Made by a program: the position numbers and the translations under genes. The notes beneath the pieces were generated by a model. The model made no database searches. It was given only the letters and a program-made list of their open reading frames with translations, and was not told where the DNA came from. A stretch of DNA of 32,000 nucleotides. Origin: an uncultured Desulfobacterales bacterium. Lineage in GTDB: Bacteria > Desulfobacterota > DSM-4660 > Desulfatiglandales > HGW-15. Location: the NCBI GenBank assembly GCA_964647905.1, contig CAZYJR010000030.1, positions 5,042-37,041 of the forward strand, read 5' to 3'. This document shows positions 1 to 8,603 of the stretch, piece by piece. Positions within the stretch are counted from its first letter, which is position 1; each line of letters begins with the position of its first letter.

Positions 1-574
1 CGAATAATATGGTCAGCAGGGCGCCCGGGACAATGCCGGCTGCGAAAAGCCTGCCGATGGACTGTTCGGTCATGATTCCGTAAATGATCAGGATGACACT
101 GGGTGGAATCAGGATTCCCAAGCTCCCACCCGCAGCCACAGTGCCTGCTGCAAGGCCCATGTCATACTTGTACCTTTTCATTTCGGGCAGAGCAACTGTG
201 GCCATAGTGGCTGCCGCAGCATTTGTTGAGCCGCAGATAGCTGCAAAACCCGCACATGCCCAGATAGTGGCAATCGCCATACCACCGGGAAGATGACCCA
301 AAAAGGTATATGTAGTGTCATAGAGGCGGCGGCTGATGCCCGCGTGGAAAGCGATTTGGCCCATGAATATGAACAGGGGGACCACGGTCAGGTTGTAAGA
401 TCCGAAGGTAGAGAAGAAGTCTTTGGCCAGAAGCCTTAGCCCAGCCGGAGGAGTCACTATGTAGCTGAACCCTACCAGCCCTACAAGAGCCATCACAAAA
501 CCAACGGGCATCCTGGAGAACAGCAGGACAATCAGGACTATCAGTCCTATCACTCCAACCGTTGTGGGTTCCAA
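1..574 (-). CDS. dctM: TRAP transporter large permease DctM, N-terminal part (gene continues beyond the left edge)
   Basis: Not in the ORF track (edge-truncated, TTG start at 574). Hand translation of the minus strand gives MEPTTVGVIGLIVLIVLLFSRMPVGFVMALVGL...PLFIFMGQIAFHAGISRRLYD...CGSTNAAAATMATVALPEMKRYKYD...GGSLGILIPPSVILIIYG. This is the typical DctM N-terminal pattern. It follows dctP and dctQ on the same strand. The exact start codon is uncertain. Confidence 0.8.
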   Translation of the reverse strand, partial: MEPTTVGVIGLIVLIVLLFSRMPVGFVMALVGLVGFSYIVTPPAGLRLLAKDFFSTFGSYNLTVVPLFIFMGQIAFHAGISRRLYDTTYTFLGHLPGGMAIATIWACAGFAAICGSTNAAAATMATVALPEMKRYKYDMGLAAGTVAAGGSLGILIPPSVILIIYGIMTEQSIGRLFAAGIVPGALLTILF

Positions 575-617
575 CTCCTATCCCCCCGGCTATAGAGCTT
601 AGATAAATGAAAAAAAG

Positions 618-1121
618 TCACTTCGGCCATCCATGCCATGCTTCTTCTTTTTCGGTTATAACCAAAAGTATATCGGTAACAAGGATCAACACTACAATTA
701 GAGATGAAAAAGCAATACCATATAAAACCGGATAAAAAGGCAAGCGTAAGGTATTAGATACTTCACCGGCTTCCTTAAGGGCATTTCCGTATTTTACGCA
801 TTCAATTGTAAGCAGTATGAACAACAACAGGCTAAGAGTATGAGTCAATAGATAGATGAATTTTTGAGCCCGGTAAGGGCAGCGGTCAACAATTAGTTGA
901 ACGGCTACATGAGCCCGATCCAAGGTTGTCGGCACCAAAGCAAATCCAACAGCTATGGCTCCCAAAAATCCCACTATCTCCCAGGTTCCTACAATGGGGT
1001 GCCGGAGAAAGCGAAAAGTTATATCCGCACACGTCAGCACCATCATAGCCATAAGGCTGAACACGGCAATCCAATGCAGGGCTCGACTAAGCATCCTGAG
1101 AATCGCCAAGAAGCCGTACAT
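618..1121 (-). CDS. dctQ: TRAP transporter small permease DctQ
   Basis: 167 aa, about four hydrophobic helices, located between dctP and dctM. Size and position are typical of DctQ. Confidence 0.75.
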   Translation of the reverse strand: MYGFLAILRMLSRALHWIAVFSLMAMMVLTCADITFRFLRHPIVGTWEIVGFLGAIAVGFALVPTTLDRAHVAVQLIVDRCPYRAQKFIYLLTHTLSLLLFILLTIECVKYGNALKEAGEVSNTLRLPFYPVLYGIAFSSLIVVLILVTDILLVITEKEEAWHGWPK

Positions 1122-1214
1122 TTTTCACCTCGCATACGCCTCATTGGTTGAGCAGCACGGCTGTCTAGTAAAATGTTGGCCAGGAGACGGGCGTCCCGTC
1201 CCCTAGCCCCCCTT

Positions 1215-2228
1215 TCATTGGTGGGCGCTCAAATAATCGAGACAGAACTCTAGGGCCTCTGCTGCTGGGAGACCCATAGCTTCTTTTTCTTTCACATAGT
1301 TGTCTAATATTGGGCGGAGCCTGCTGGCCCAACGGTCGTTCTCTTCCTCCGATAGGGTGATAACCTCCCCGCCGTTTTCGACAAAGAACTGTTTCCCTCC
1401 CTCATCCAACTCATCCCAGAGCCTCCCCTGCTTTTCCATCCATTCTCGGTTGATCTCGTTAATGGTCTCTTGCACTTCTTGCGATAAGCTGTTCCACTTA
1501 TCCTTATTCATAACCACGTAGGCGGCGTTGACATAGGCCGAATCAAAGATAGTCGAATAGCCCACGACGTCGGCCAATTTGAACCCCTTGAGTGCTTCGA
1601 AGGGTGCGGCAACGCCTTCAGCTACACCTTTGCTGATGGCATCGTAAGCCTCGCCCATGGACATGGCTACAGGGGCCCCACCCAAGGCTGCAACAACCTC
1701 GGCACTGGTTCCAGTTGACCGAACTTTCCGCCCTTTTAAATCTTCCAGCCTTCTTATCGGCATTTTCATGTTGATACGGTGAGGAGGAGAGGTGTGTAGA
1801 TAAATGAGTTTAACGTCCTTAAAGCCACTGGGTTTGAATTTATCAAAATAAGCATTGGCCATTTTGGTAGCTATATAAGCATTCTTGTACCCGAGAGGTA
1901 GATCCAAGACTTCTGACAACGGGAAACGCCCGGTAGTATAGGAGCAGAAGCTTAGTCCCACGTCGGCCATGCCTATTTTTACCGCCTCAAAGGTCTCAGG
2001 TGCACTGACAAGGCTTCCACCAGGATAACACTCCACCTTAACCTTTCCGTTTGTCCTCTTCTCAACCTCCTTGCCCCATTCTTCGCCCAGTTTGGAGATT
2101 GGGTGGACCGGCGGAAAGAAGTTTGCATACCTGAGCGTCATGCTGTCGGCTCGGGTTTCTCGCGGACTAAGCCCCAGGACTAAGAGAGTGAGCAAGATTA
2201 TGGGCAGGCTTCGGATAAATCCTTTCAT
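1215..2228 (-). CDS. dctP: TRAP transporter periplasmic solute-binding protein, DctP family (ligand unknown, possibly an aromatic or organic acid)
   Basis: 337 aa with an N-terminal signal peptide (MKGFIRSLPIILLTLLVLGLSP...A). Length and layout match the DctP family, and it heads the dctPQM gene order. Confidence 0.85.
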   Translation of the reverse strand: MKGFIRSLPIILLTLLVLGLSPRETRADSMTLRYANFFPPVHPISKLGEEWGKEVEKRTNGKVKVECYPGGSLVSAPETFEAVKIGMADVGLSFCSYTTGRFPLSEVLDLPLGYKNAYIATKMANAYFDKFKPSGFKDVKLIYLHTSPPHRINMKMPIRRLEDLKGRKVRSTGTSAEVVAALGGAPVAMSMGEAYDAISKGVAEGVAAPFEALKGFKLADVVGYSTIFDSAYVNAAYVVMNKDKWNSLSQEVQETINEINREWMEKQGRLWDELDEGGKQFFVENGGEVITLSEEENDRWASRLRPILDNYVKEKEAMGLPAAEALEFCLDYLSAHQ

Positions 2229-2366
2229 GGTGACACCTCCCTATTCGGTTGCTAAAGATTACAAGAATATCAACAATCATTAATCGTTCTTCCTGATTCA
2301 CCCTCCTTTCTTTGTGTCAATAATTTCCGATAGTCGTGATCCCAATAAGGTCTCTGATTACTCCTT

Positions 2367-3698
2367 TCAGCCTTCTTCATAAAGCTTCCGAATGAGCTTG
2401 GACTTCATCTCGAAACGCGGAAGGGTGCCCTCTGGAACCAACTCCACGTCGGCCCGGAAGACGAGCCTTTTCCTCAAAGCGGCCTCCAGCTCCCTTTTCA
2501 GTTTATCCAGCGCCTTTTCCCCTTCGGCGTACTCCACTTGGATCCTAACCGGTGGCTGGACGCGCGGTCCCGGCTCATCCAGCAGGACTTGCATATCTCC
2601 TGTCGTTCTGGGGTGGAATCCGGTGACTACGTCCTTTATGGCTGACGGGAAAACATTGACACCAAGGACTATCAACATGTCGTCTGTCCGGCCGGTGCAT
2701 CTTATTCGGAAGCTTGTTCGGCCGCATTCACAAGGGCTGGTGTATACGACGATTCTGTCACGAGTACGGAAACGAACTACCGGGCAGCATTCCCTATCGA
2801 TAAGGGTATAAACCAACTCACCTTCAGCCTCATCCTTCATTTCAATGACCTCACCCGATTCAGGGTCGATCAGCTCCGGGAAAATGTATTCCTGCGCACA
2901 AAAGTGCATCCCCTGCTGGGCGGGGCATTCCCCGAAAATTATGGGGGCTGCGTCTGAGTTCCCCATCCCTTCACTAACCAAGGCCTGATATTCTTCCTGC
3001 AAACGTTTCTTGATTGAAGGAACGCCTCCTCCGGGCTCGGCTCCCACCACAAGTTTTCTGAAACCGAGATCCGCCGGTTCTATATTGCTGTTCCTGCGCA
3101 CATAGTCCGCCAAGTAGATGGCATAGGAGGGGGTGCAATGGATCAAATTGCCGTTCAGCCGTTTCGCGGTCATGATCACGCGATCTGACGCTCCTGTACC
3201 GATGGGGACAAAGGCCGCTCCGATATGCTCTATGGCGTCCTTGACGGGAAGGCCTCCGACAAAAAAGGTCAGTCCTACGGCGTGGATGACCACATCGTTA
3301 GGGCGTACGCTCTTGCAATAGAGGGAACGCGCCGTGATGTCAGTCCAGATCTTGTGGTCGTGCCTCGTAATGCCCACAAAGGTGGGAACCCCTGTCGTGC
3401 CGGATGATGAGTGGATGCGGATAATGTTTTCAATAGGAGCGACACAGTGAGAGCCCAGTGGAGGGTATTTTTTTTGACTTTCTCTAAGCTCGTCCTTTTC
3501 AGTAAACGGAAGCTTGGAAAGATCTTGCAATTTCCTGATGTCGCCTCTTTCCAGGCCATGTTCTTCAAATTTTTCTTTGTAAAATAACGAATTATCAAAA
3601 ATATAGTCAAGCTGCCTCAGGAATTTGCTTTCCTGTAGCTCATATATTTCATCCGGTTTCATTGTTTCGATATTCTCGTTGAATAGATCTCTCTTCAT
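2367..3698 (-). CDS. Phenylacetate-CoA ligase family (PaaK / coenzyme F390 synthetase-like) adenylate-forming enzyme
   Basis: 443 aa. It has the PaaK-type N-terminus (ETMKPDEIYELQESKFLRQLDY...FYKEKF), the P-loop-like SSSGTTGVPT motif, and the typical ~440 aa PaaK length. Confidence 0.8.
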   Translation of the reverse strand: MKRDLFNENIETMKPDEIYELQESKFLRQLDYIFDNSLFYKEKFEEHGLERGDIRKLQDLSKLPFTEKDELRESQKKYPPLGSHCVAPIENIIRIHSSSGTTGVPTFVGITRHDHKIWTDITARSLYCKSVRPNDVVIHAVGLTFFVGGLPVKDAIEHIGAAFVPIGTGASDRVIMTAKRLNGNLIHCTPSYAIYLADYVRRNSNIEPADLGFRKLVVGAEPGGGVPSIKKRLQEEYQALVSEGMGNSDAAPIIFGECPAQQGMHFCAQEYIFPELIDPESGEVIEMKDEAEGELVYTLIDRECCPVVRFRTRDRIVVYTSPCECGRTSFRIRCTGRTDDMLIVLGVNVFPSAIKDVVTGFHPRTTGDMQVLLDEPGPRVQPPVRIQVEYAEGEKALDKLKRELEAALRKRLVFRADVELVPEGTLPRFEMKSKLIRKLYEEG

Positions 3699-3754
3699 CT
3701 CAATGGGACCCTCACTATTCTAATGTTTAGACATATTATATGATTATGTATTTG

Positions 3755-3769
3755 ATACTAATTTAGTAT
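3755..3769. promoter_or_regulatory. Perfect dyad ATACTAA-T-TTAGTAT in the AT-rich gap between the XRE-cupin regulator and the PaaK-like gene; candidate operator
   Basis: 7-bp arms are exact reverse complements with a 1-nt spacer. The site is about 57 nt upstream of the PaaK-like start codon, inside a very AT-rich 110-nt intergenic region. Confidence 0.35.
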
Positions 3770-3808
3770 TAAGAATAGAGTGGTAGAAATAATATATTAG
3801 GTGAAGGC

Positions 3809-4405
3809 TTAGCTTGAAAAAAAGGGGATGCGCTTGTAATTAAACATAACAGCCAAAAGCTTTGCCTTCTTCTCTCCTATACTTCTCCCACTATGAGGAA
3901 CAGAAGCATCAAAATATACACAATCTCCTTCTTCCATGACGTATTTCTGGCCGTCATAAATTAGTTCATGCTTTCCTTCAAGAACAAACATGAATTCTTC
4001 ACCATCATGTTGAAAAATGGCTTCTTCGTCGAAGGAAGGTTCAATAATATACGGCTCCATGTTCTTCCCAGGCTTGTCAGCCGCCAGGGCTTCATACGCA
4101 TATCTGAAAAGCGACCCTTCTGAAAGTGAACCAATACTTCGGATCGGCTTTCCTTGGTGTCGCTTTGTTAATGATATTCGGACATCCTTTGAATCTTGGG
4201 GGTCTTCATGCAGCAGGTACGCGGCATCCACTCCCAAGGCCAAAGCAATTCGGTTTAGGGTCGAGTATGGAGGGGCTTTCTTGGCCCTTTCGATCTTCGA
4301 AAGATACCCCTTGGTAAGACCAGTCAGCTCGGCCAGCTTCTCCAGCGTCACTTTTTTCTCTTTGCGCAGCATCTTGATATTGTTGCAGATCAGCTCTTCA
4401 TCCAT
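3809..4405 (-). CDS. XRE-family transcriptional regulator with C-terminal cupin sensor domain
   Basis: 198 aa. N-terminal HTH_3 pattern (LRKEKKVTLEKLAELTGLTKGYLSKIERAKKAPPYSTLNRIALALGV). C-terminal cupin_2 pattern (HDGEEFMFVLEGKHELIYDGQKYVMEEGDCVYFDASVPHSG). Confidence 0.85.
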   Translation of the reverse strand: MDEELICNNIKMLRKEKKVTLEKLAELTGLTKGYLSKIERAKKAPPYSTLNRIALALGVDAAYLLHEDPQDSKDVRISLTKRHQGKPIRSIGSLSEGSLFRYAYEALAADKPGKNMEPYIIEPSFDEEAIFQHDGEEFMFVLEGKHELIYDGQKYVMEEGDCVYFDASVPHSGRSIGEKKAKLLAVMFNYKRIPFFSS

Positions 4406-4676
4406 TGAGCGCGGCTACTCCATTAATGTTCGGTTGCGCTTGTCGGCCCATGCAATCGCGGGGGCAGTGAATGTTTCCTGTTTGGATACGTATAGCGAAA
4501 CCTGTTTCGGCTCCCACGAACTGATATCCCGCTTTTCATGAGGTTCTTCGAGGAAAATTAATCAAAGTTTGACCAGAAGTTTCCATTCTGTCAACAAAAA
4601 AATCAGGCAAAGGCGGGCTTCGTCTTTCTGCTTGGTGTACAGACCATCAGGGAGGATCGAGGGGCGGGGAGAGCAA

Positions 4677-4704
4677 GGGGGCGGGGCTTTGCAGCCCAGC
4701 CCCC
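4677..4704 (-). terminator. GC-rich stem-loop about 22 nt after the Mo-subunit stop codon (12-bp stem with one mismatch, GCAA loop on the transcribed strand); no U-tract
   Basis: GGGGGCGGGGCT-TTGC-AGCCCAGCCCCC read directly from the sequence. It lies at the end of the high-GC operon. With no T-run after it, it may be a stabiliser rather than an intrinsic terminator. Confidence 0.3.
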
Positions 4705-4726
4705 TTGGTTCGGACGGATTCGGTGG

Positions 4727-7090
4727 CTACTTCTTTTCCGGCTTGCCCCGGTTCTTGATGGCGGTGTAGACCCGCTCAGGGGTGAGCGGGAGCTCGTGGA
4801 TGCGGACGCCCACTGCGTCGTAGACCGCGTTTAGGATCGCCGGGATGGTGGGCATGATCGCCCCCTCCCCGACCTCCTTGGCCCCGAAGGGGCCGTTGGG
4901 CTCGTTGCTCTCCACTATGATGGCCTCGACGTTGGGCATGTCCAGGGCGGTGGGGATCTTGTACTCCCCCAGGTTGGCGTTCAGTATCCGCCCCTTGTCG
5001 TCGAACTTGACCTCCTCCATGAGGGCCTCGCCCAGGCCCATGGAAAGGGACCCCTGCATCTGGCCCTCGACCGAAGTCACATTGATGGCGAAGCCGCAAT
5101 CGTGGGCGTCGGTCATACGCTCCACCCTGACCTTGCCGGTCCCCGGGTCCACGCTCACCTCCACCACCTGGGCGCTGGGCCCGTAGGCCGGGGAAGTACC
5201 CACCGCGGCTCCCTTGAACTTGCCGCCGAGTTCGCCGGGCTTGTATTTGCCCGTGCCCACTATGGTCCCCCGCTCCAGGTAGGCGATGCGCGCGGCCTCC
5301 TTGAAGCTAAGGGCCTCTTCCTCGGGCGGGTTGTCAGTGAACCCACGGTGTTCCTTGATGTAGCGGTTCCTGACCGGGCCGAAGTCCGGGTTCTCGCCCC
5401 TGAAGGTGATATAGCCCTCCTTTACGTCCATATCGGACACAGGGACCTTGAGCTGCTCTCCCAGGACCTCCAGGACTTGCTGTTTGACCGATTCCGCGGC
5501 TTCCTTTGCAGCGTGGCCGGTCATCAGGGTCTGCCTGCTGGAGTAGGCGCCCAAGTCCACGCCGTGCTCCGTGTCCCCGGAGCTCACCCGGATGTGATCC
5601 AGCGTGACTCCCAAGCCCTCGGCCGCGATCATGGCAAGAGCGGTGTCCGAGCCCTGGCCTATCTCCGCCGACCCTGTGAGCAGGTGGGCGGTGCCCCCGT
5701 CTTCGCTCAGCTTGAGCACCACCGTGGAGTGGGCCGTATCCGAGCGGTATATGGGGTACCCGGCCCCGGAGACGAAGAATCCGCAGGCCACCCCGATGCC
5801 GCGGTGCTCGCCTGTCTTGCCCTTTAGGTTTTTCCAATCCGAGTCCTTGTAAACCGCCTCCAGGCATTCCTTCATGCCGAAGCTGCTGACATTGAGGTCG
5901 TTGCAGGTAATGTCGCCCGCGCTCATGGCGTTCTTGAGCCTGAGCTCCAGCGGGTCGATGCCCAGCTCCTCGGCTATCATGTCCAGTTGCTGCTCCCAGG
6001 CGGCCCTGGCGGCCACCCCGCCGTGGCCTCTCTGGGCCCCGCAGGCTGGCTTGTTGGTGTAGATGCGCCACCCGTCGAACTTCATGTTGGGCAGCCTGTA
6101 CGGCGCGGCCAGCAAGGAGCCCGCGTAGTACACCGTGGCTATGCCGAAGCTGGTGTAAGCGCCGCCGTCCATGTAGCACTCGTTGGTAAGGGCCATCAGG
6201 GTGCCGTCCTTCTTGACCCCGGTTGTCAGGGTGTGCTTGAACTGGTGCCGGGCCCTGGAGAAGAAGAACACCTGCTCGCGGGTGTAGTTCATCTTGACCG
6301 GCCTGCCTGTCTTCATGGAGAGCAGGCAGGAGGCGATCTCCATGGTGTTGGTGCCGGCCTTGGGTCCGAAGCCTCCCCCCACGTAAGGCTTCTTTACGCG
6401 CACCTTTCCGATGGGAACGCCCAGGACCATGGCCACTATCCTCTGCACGTAGTGGGGGACCTGGGTGGATGAGTACAGGGTCAGGAAGCCGTTTCGGTCA
6501 TAGTCCCCTATGCAGGCCTGGGGCTCGAGGAAGGCGCCGTCCTGGCGCTTGTTCAGGAAGGTGTCGGTCCGGATCAGGTCGCAGTCCTTGAAGGCCGCCT
6601 CCACGTCGCCGAACTCCTGGTGGACCTCGCCGCAGATGTTCCCCGGGTATTTGTCGTGGAGCTGGGGGGCTCCCTCGGCCATGGCGTCTTCAACGGTCAG
6701 GAGGGGAGGAAGCTCCTCGTAGTCCACCTTGATCAAGGAAACCGCCTCGATAGCGGTTTCCAGGTCCACGGCCGCCACCGCGGCCACGTCGTCGCCCACG
6801 TGCCGGACGCGGTCGTGGCAGAAGACGTTCTCATCGTAGCGGGCCGGGCTTACCCCGTACTTTATGAAGCCCGCGTCCTCGGCCGTAACCACTGCCTTGA
6901 CCCCCGGGAGCCTCCGGGCCGCCGAGGTGTCGATATTCAATATCCTGCCGTGTGCGATGGGGCTCTGGAGGAGTGCACCGTAGAGCATCCCGGGCAGGGT
7001 CATGTCGTCGATATAGGTGGCGCGGCCCGTGGCCTTGTCAGGTGTGTCCAGCCTGGGGGCCCGCCTGTTTATGACACTGTAAGAGGCCAT
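4727..7090 (-). CDS. hcrA: Xanthine dehydrogenase-family molybdopterin subunit, 4-hydroxybenzoyl-CoA reductase alpha-like
   Basis: 787 aa. Aldehyde oxidase/XDH a/b-hammerhead and Mo-binding motifs are present (VGGGFGPK, YTNKPACGAQRGHG, GSAEIGQGSDTA, PFGAKEVGEG). The hcr assignment rests on context in a phenol/4-hydroxybenzoate operon. Confidence 0.7.
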   Translation of the reverse strand: MASYSVINRRAPRLDTPDKATGRATYIDDMTLPGMLYGALLQSPIAHGRILNIDTSAARRLPGVKAVVTAEDAGFIKYGVSPARYDENVFCHDRVRHVGDDVAAVAAVDLETAIEAVSLIKVDYEELPPLLTVEDAMAEGAPQLHDKYPGNICGEVHQEFGDVEAAFKDCDLIRTDTFLNKRQDGAFLEPQACIGDYDRNGFLTLYSSTQVPHYVQRIVAMVLGVPIGKVRVKKPYVGGGFGPKAGTNTMEIASCLLSMKTGRPVKMNYTREQVFFFSRARHQFKHTLTTGVKKDGTLMALTNECYMDGGAYTSFGIATVYYAGSLLAAPYRLPNMKFDGWRIYTNKPACGAQRGHGGVAARAAWEQQLDMIAEELGIDPLELRLKNAMSAGDITCNDLNVSSFGMKECLEAVYKDSDWKNLKGKTGEHRGIGVACGFFVSGAGYPIYRSDTAHSTVVLKLSEDGGTAHLLTGSAEIGQGSDTALAMIAAEGLGVTLDHIRVSSGDTEHGVDLGAYSSRQTLMTGHAAKEAAESVKQQVLEVLGEQLKVPVSDMDVKEGYITFRGENPDFGPVRNRYIKEHRGFTDNPPEEEALSFKEAARIAYLERGTIVGTGKYKPGELGGKFKGAAVGTSPAYGPSAQVVEVSVDPGTGKVRVERMTDAHDCGFAINVTSVEGQMQGSLSMGLGEALMEEVKFDDKGRILNANLGEYKIPTALDMPNVEAIIVESNEPNGPFGAKEVGEGAIMPTIPAILNAVYDAVGVRIHELPLTPERVYTAIKNRGKPEKK

Positions 7091-7162
7091 CTCGTTCCTC
7101 CTTGTCTGCTGTTCTCTTGCTTCTTATGTACGTTCTAGTGAAGCCTCCGCGTGAGGGGTTGC

Positions 7163-7633
7163 TCATCCCCTCATGGACCGGCCTGCGGCCTGAATGGCCT
7201 CAACGATCTTTTGATAGCCGGTGCACCGGCAGAGGTTGCCGGATATGGCGGTGCGGATCTCGCCCTCGTCAGGCTCCGGGTGGCGGTCCAGGAGGCTCTT
7301 TCCGCTCAAGAGCATCCCCGGGGTGCAGAACCCGCATTGAATGGCCCCGTGTTCCACAAAGGCGGCCTGCAAGGGGTGCAGGCCCTCGTCGGTCTCCAGC
7401 CCCTCGACCGTTGTCACCTCCCTGCCCGCCGCCTGTACGGCCAGGACCAGGCAGGAGTTCACCGGTTTGCCGTCCAAGAGAACCGTGCAGGAGCCGCAAT
7501 CGCCCACCTCGCATCCCTTTTTGGTACCCGTCAGCCCCATGTCATAGCGGAGCATGTCGGCCAGGGTGCGGTTGGGCGCAACAGCGATCTCTTCGGCCCG
7601 GCCGTTGACGGTGGTCTGAATAAGCTTCTTCAT
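7163..7633 (-). CDS. hcrC: (2Fe-2S)-binding small subunit of the XDH-family enzyme, 4-hydroxybenzoyl-CoA reductase gamma-like
   Basis: Contains CEVGDCGSCTVLLDGKPVNSC and QCGFCTPGM...NLCRCTGY motifs. I start it at the internal MKKL (7633) because it has a GGAGGAACAAG Shine-Dalgarno and avoids overlap with the upstream gene. The track ORF extends to 7678. Confidence 0.8.
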   Translation of the reverse strand: MKKLIQTTVNGRAEEIAVAPNRTLADMLRYDMGLTGTKKGCEVGDCGSCTVLLDGKPVNSCLVLAVQAAGREVTTVEGLETDEGLHPLQAAFVEHGAIQCGFCTPGMLLSGKSLLDRHPEPDEGEIRTAISGNLCRCTGYQKIVEAIQAAGRSMRG

Positions 7634-7674
7634 CTTGTTCCTCCGGTAAGAAAAGCCCGCTCTCGAGCCAGTGT

Positions 7675-8541
7675 TCATCCGATCCTTTGGAGTGCGCTCT
7701 CCAGGGTCCTCCTGGTGAGCACCGCCACCATGTCGCGCCTGTAGGCGGCGGAGGCCCTGAAGTCGTCTATGGGGCGTGCGTCTTGGGCCGCCGCCCGCGC
7801 CGCCTCCTCAAAGAGGGCCTCGCTGGGCCTCTCCCCCCTGAGGACATCCTCGGCGGAGCGGGCCCGGATGGGCGTGGGCGCCACGGCGCCCAGGACGATT
7901 CTTGCGCTGTTTATGGTATCCCCGTTCATGCCGATGTAGGAGGCCACGTTCACGATTGATATCTCCAGGGTCTCCCGTATGCCGAGCTTCAGGTAGGCCC
8001 CTCCGTGGCGCTCCGAGTCCGGGGTGATCCGAATGGATGACAGGATCTCCTCCTGTCCCATGACCGTGGAGCCGGGACCCTCGAAGAATTCCTCCAGTGG
8101 AACGCTTCTTGACCCCGCGGGGCCGCTCAGGGCCACCGCGGCCCCGTAGGCCATGAGAGGGGGGGGCAGGTCAGCGGCGGGTCTTGCCGATACCAGGTTG
8201 CCGGCCGCAGTGGCCAGGTTCCTTATGAGGGGGCTCCCGAGTCTCGAGGCCCCCTCGGCCAGGGCGGGAAACCGCTCTCTCACCAGGGGGGAGTCGGCCA
8301 GCTCGGCCGCTGTTATGCAACCGCCGAGCTCCAGTCCGCCGCCGGCGTCTTCGATTCGGCGGAGCTCCTCCAGCCTGGTGAGTCCGATCAGGTGATCGGC
8401 CTCCATCACCTTCTTTTTCAAGTTAACGATAAGGTCAGTCCCGCCGGCAAGCGGCCTGGCCTTTTCTCCCAGTTCGCCCAAGAGGCGGCAGGCCTCCTCC
8501 AGGCTCTTGGGCTCGTGGTAATCGAACCGGGGTAAAAGCAT
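7675..8541 (-). CDS. hcrB: FAD-binding (CoxM/XdhB-type) medium subunit, 4-hydroxybenzoyl-CoA reductase beta-like but lacking a Cys-rich insertion
   Basis: 288 aa. FAD_binding_5 pattern (PLAGGTDLIVNLK...) and a CO-dehydrogenase flavoprotein C-terminal domain (ASAAYRRDMVAVLTRR). The whole protein has only two cysteines. Confidence 0.75.
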   Translation of the reverse strand: MLLPRFDYHEPKSLEEACRLLGELGEKARPLAGGTDLIVNLKKKVMEADHLIGLTRLEELRRIEDAGGGLELGGCITAAELADSPLVRERFPALAEGASRLGSPLIRNLATAAGNLVSARPAADLPPPLMAYGAAVALSGPAGSRSVPLEEFFEGPGSTVMGQEEILSSIRITPDSERHGGAYLKLGIRETLEISIVNVASYIGMNGDTINSARIVLGAVAPTPIRARSAEDVLRGERPSEALFEEAARAAAQDARPIDDFRASAAYRRDMVAVLTRRTLESALQRIG

Positions 8542-8603
8542 GGGTTCCTCCTATTCTCTTTCATATCCGATTGGAGCGGCCGTGGAGGCCGCAGTCTTGC
8601 GGG

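Noticed and set aside
4590-4640. Possible intrinsic terminator using the A7/T7 run at about 4597-4603
   Set aside because: I could not find a convincing complementary stem adjacent to the T-run on the minus strand.
4569-4769. 66-aa plus-strand ORF, and a 38-aa basic minus-strand ORF, in the 4406-4726 intergenic region
   Set aside because: There is no Shine-Dalgarno and no recognisable motif. The first overlaps the 3' end of the Mo-subunit gene antisense.
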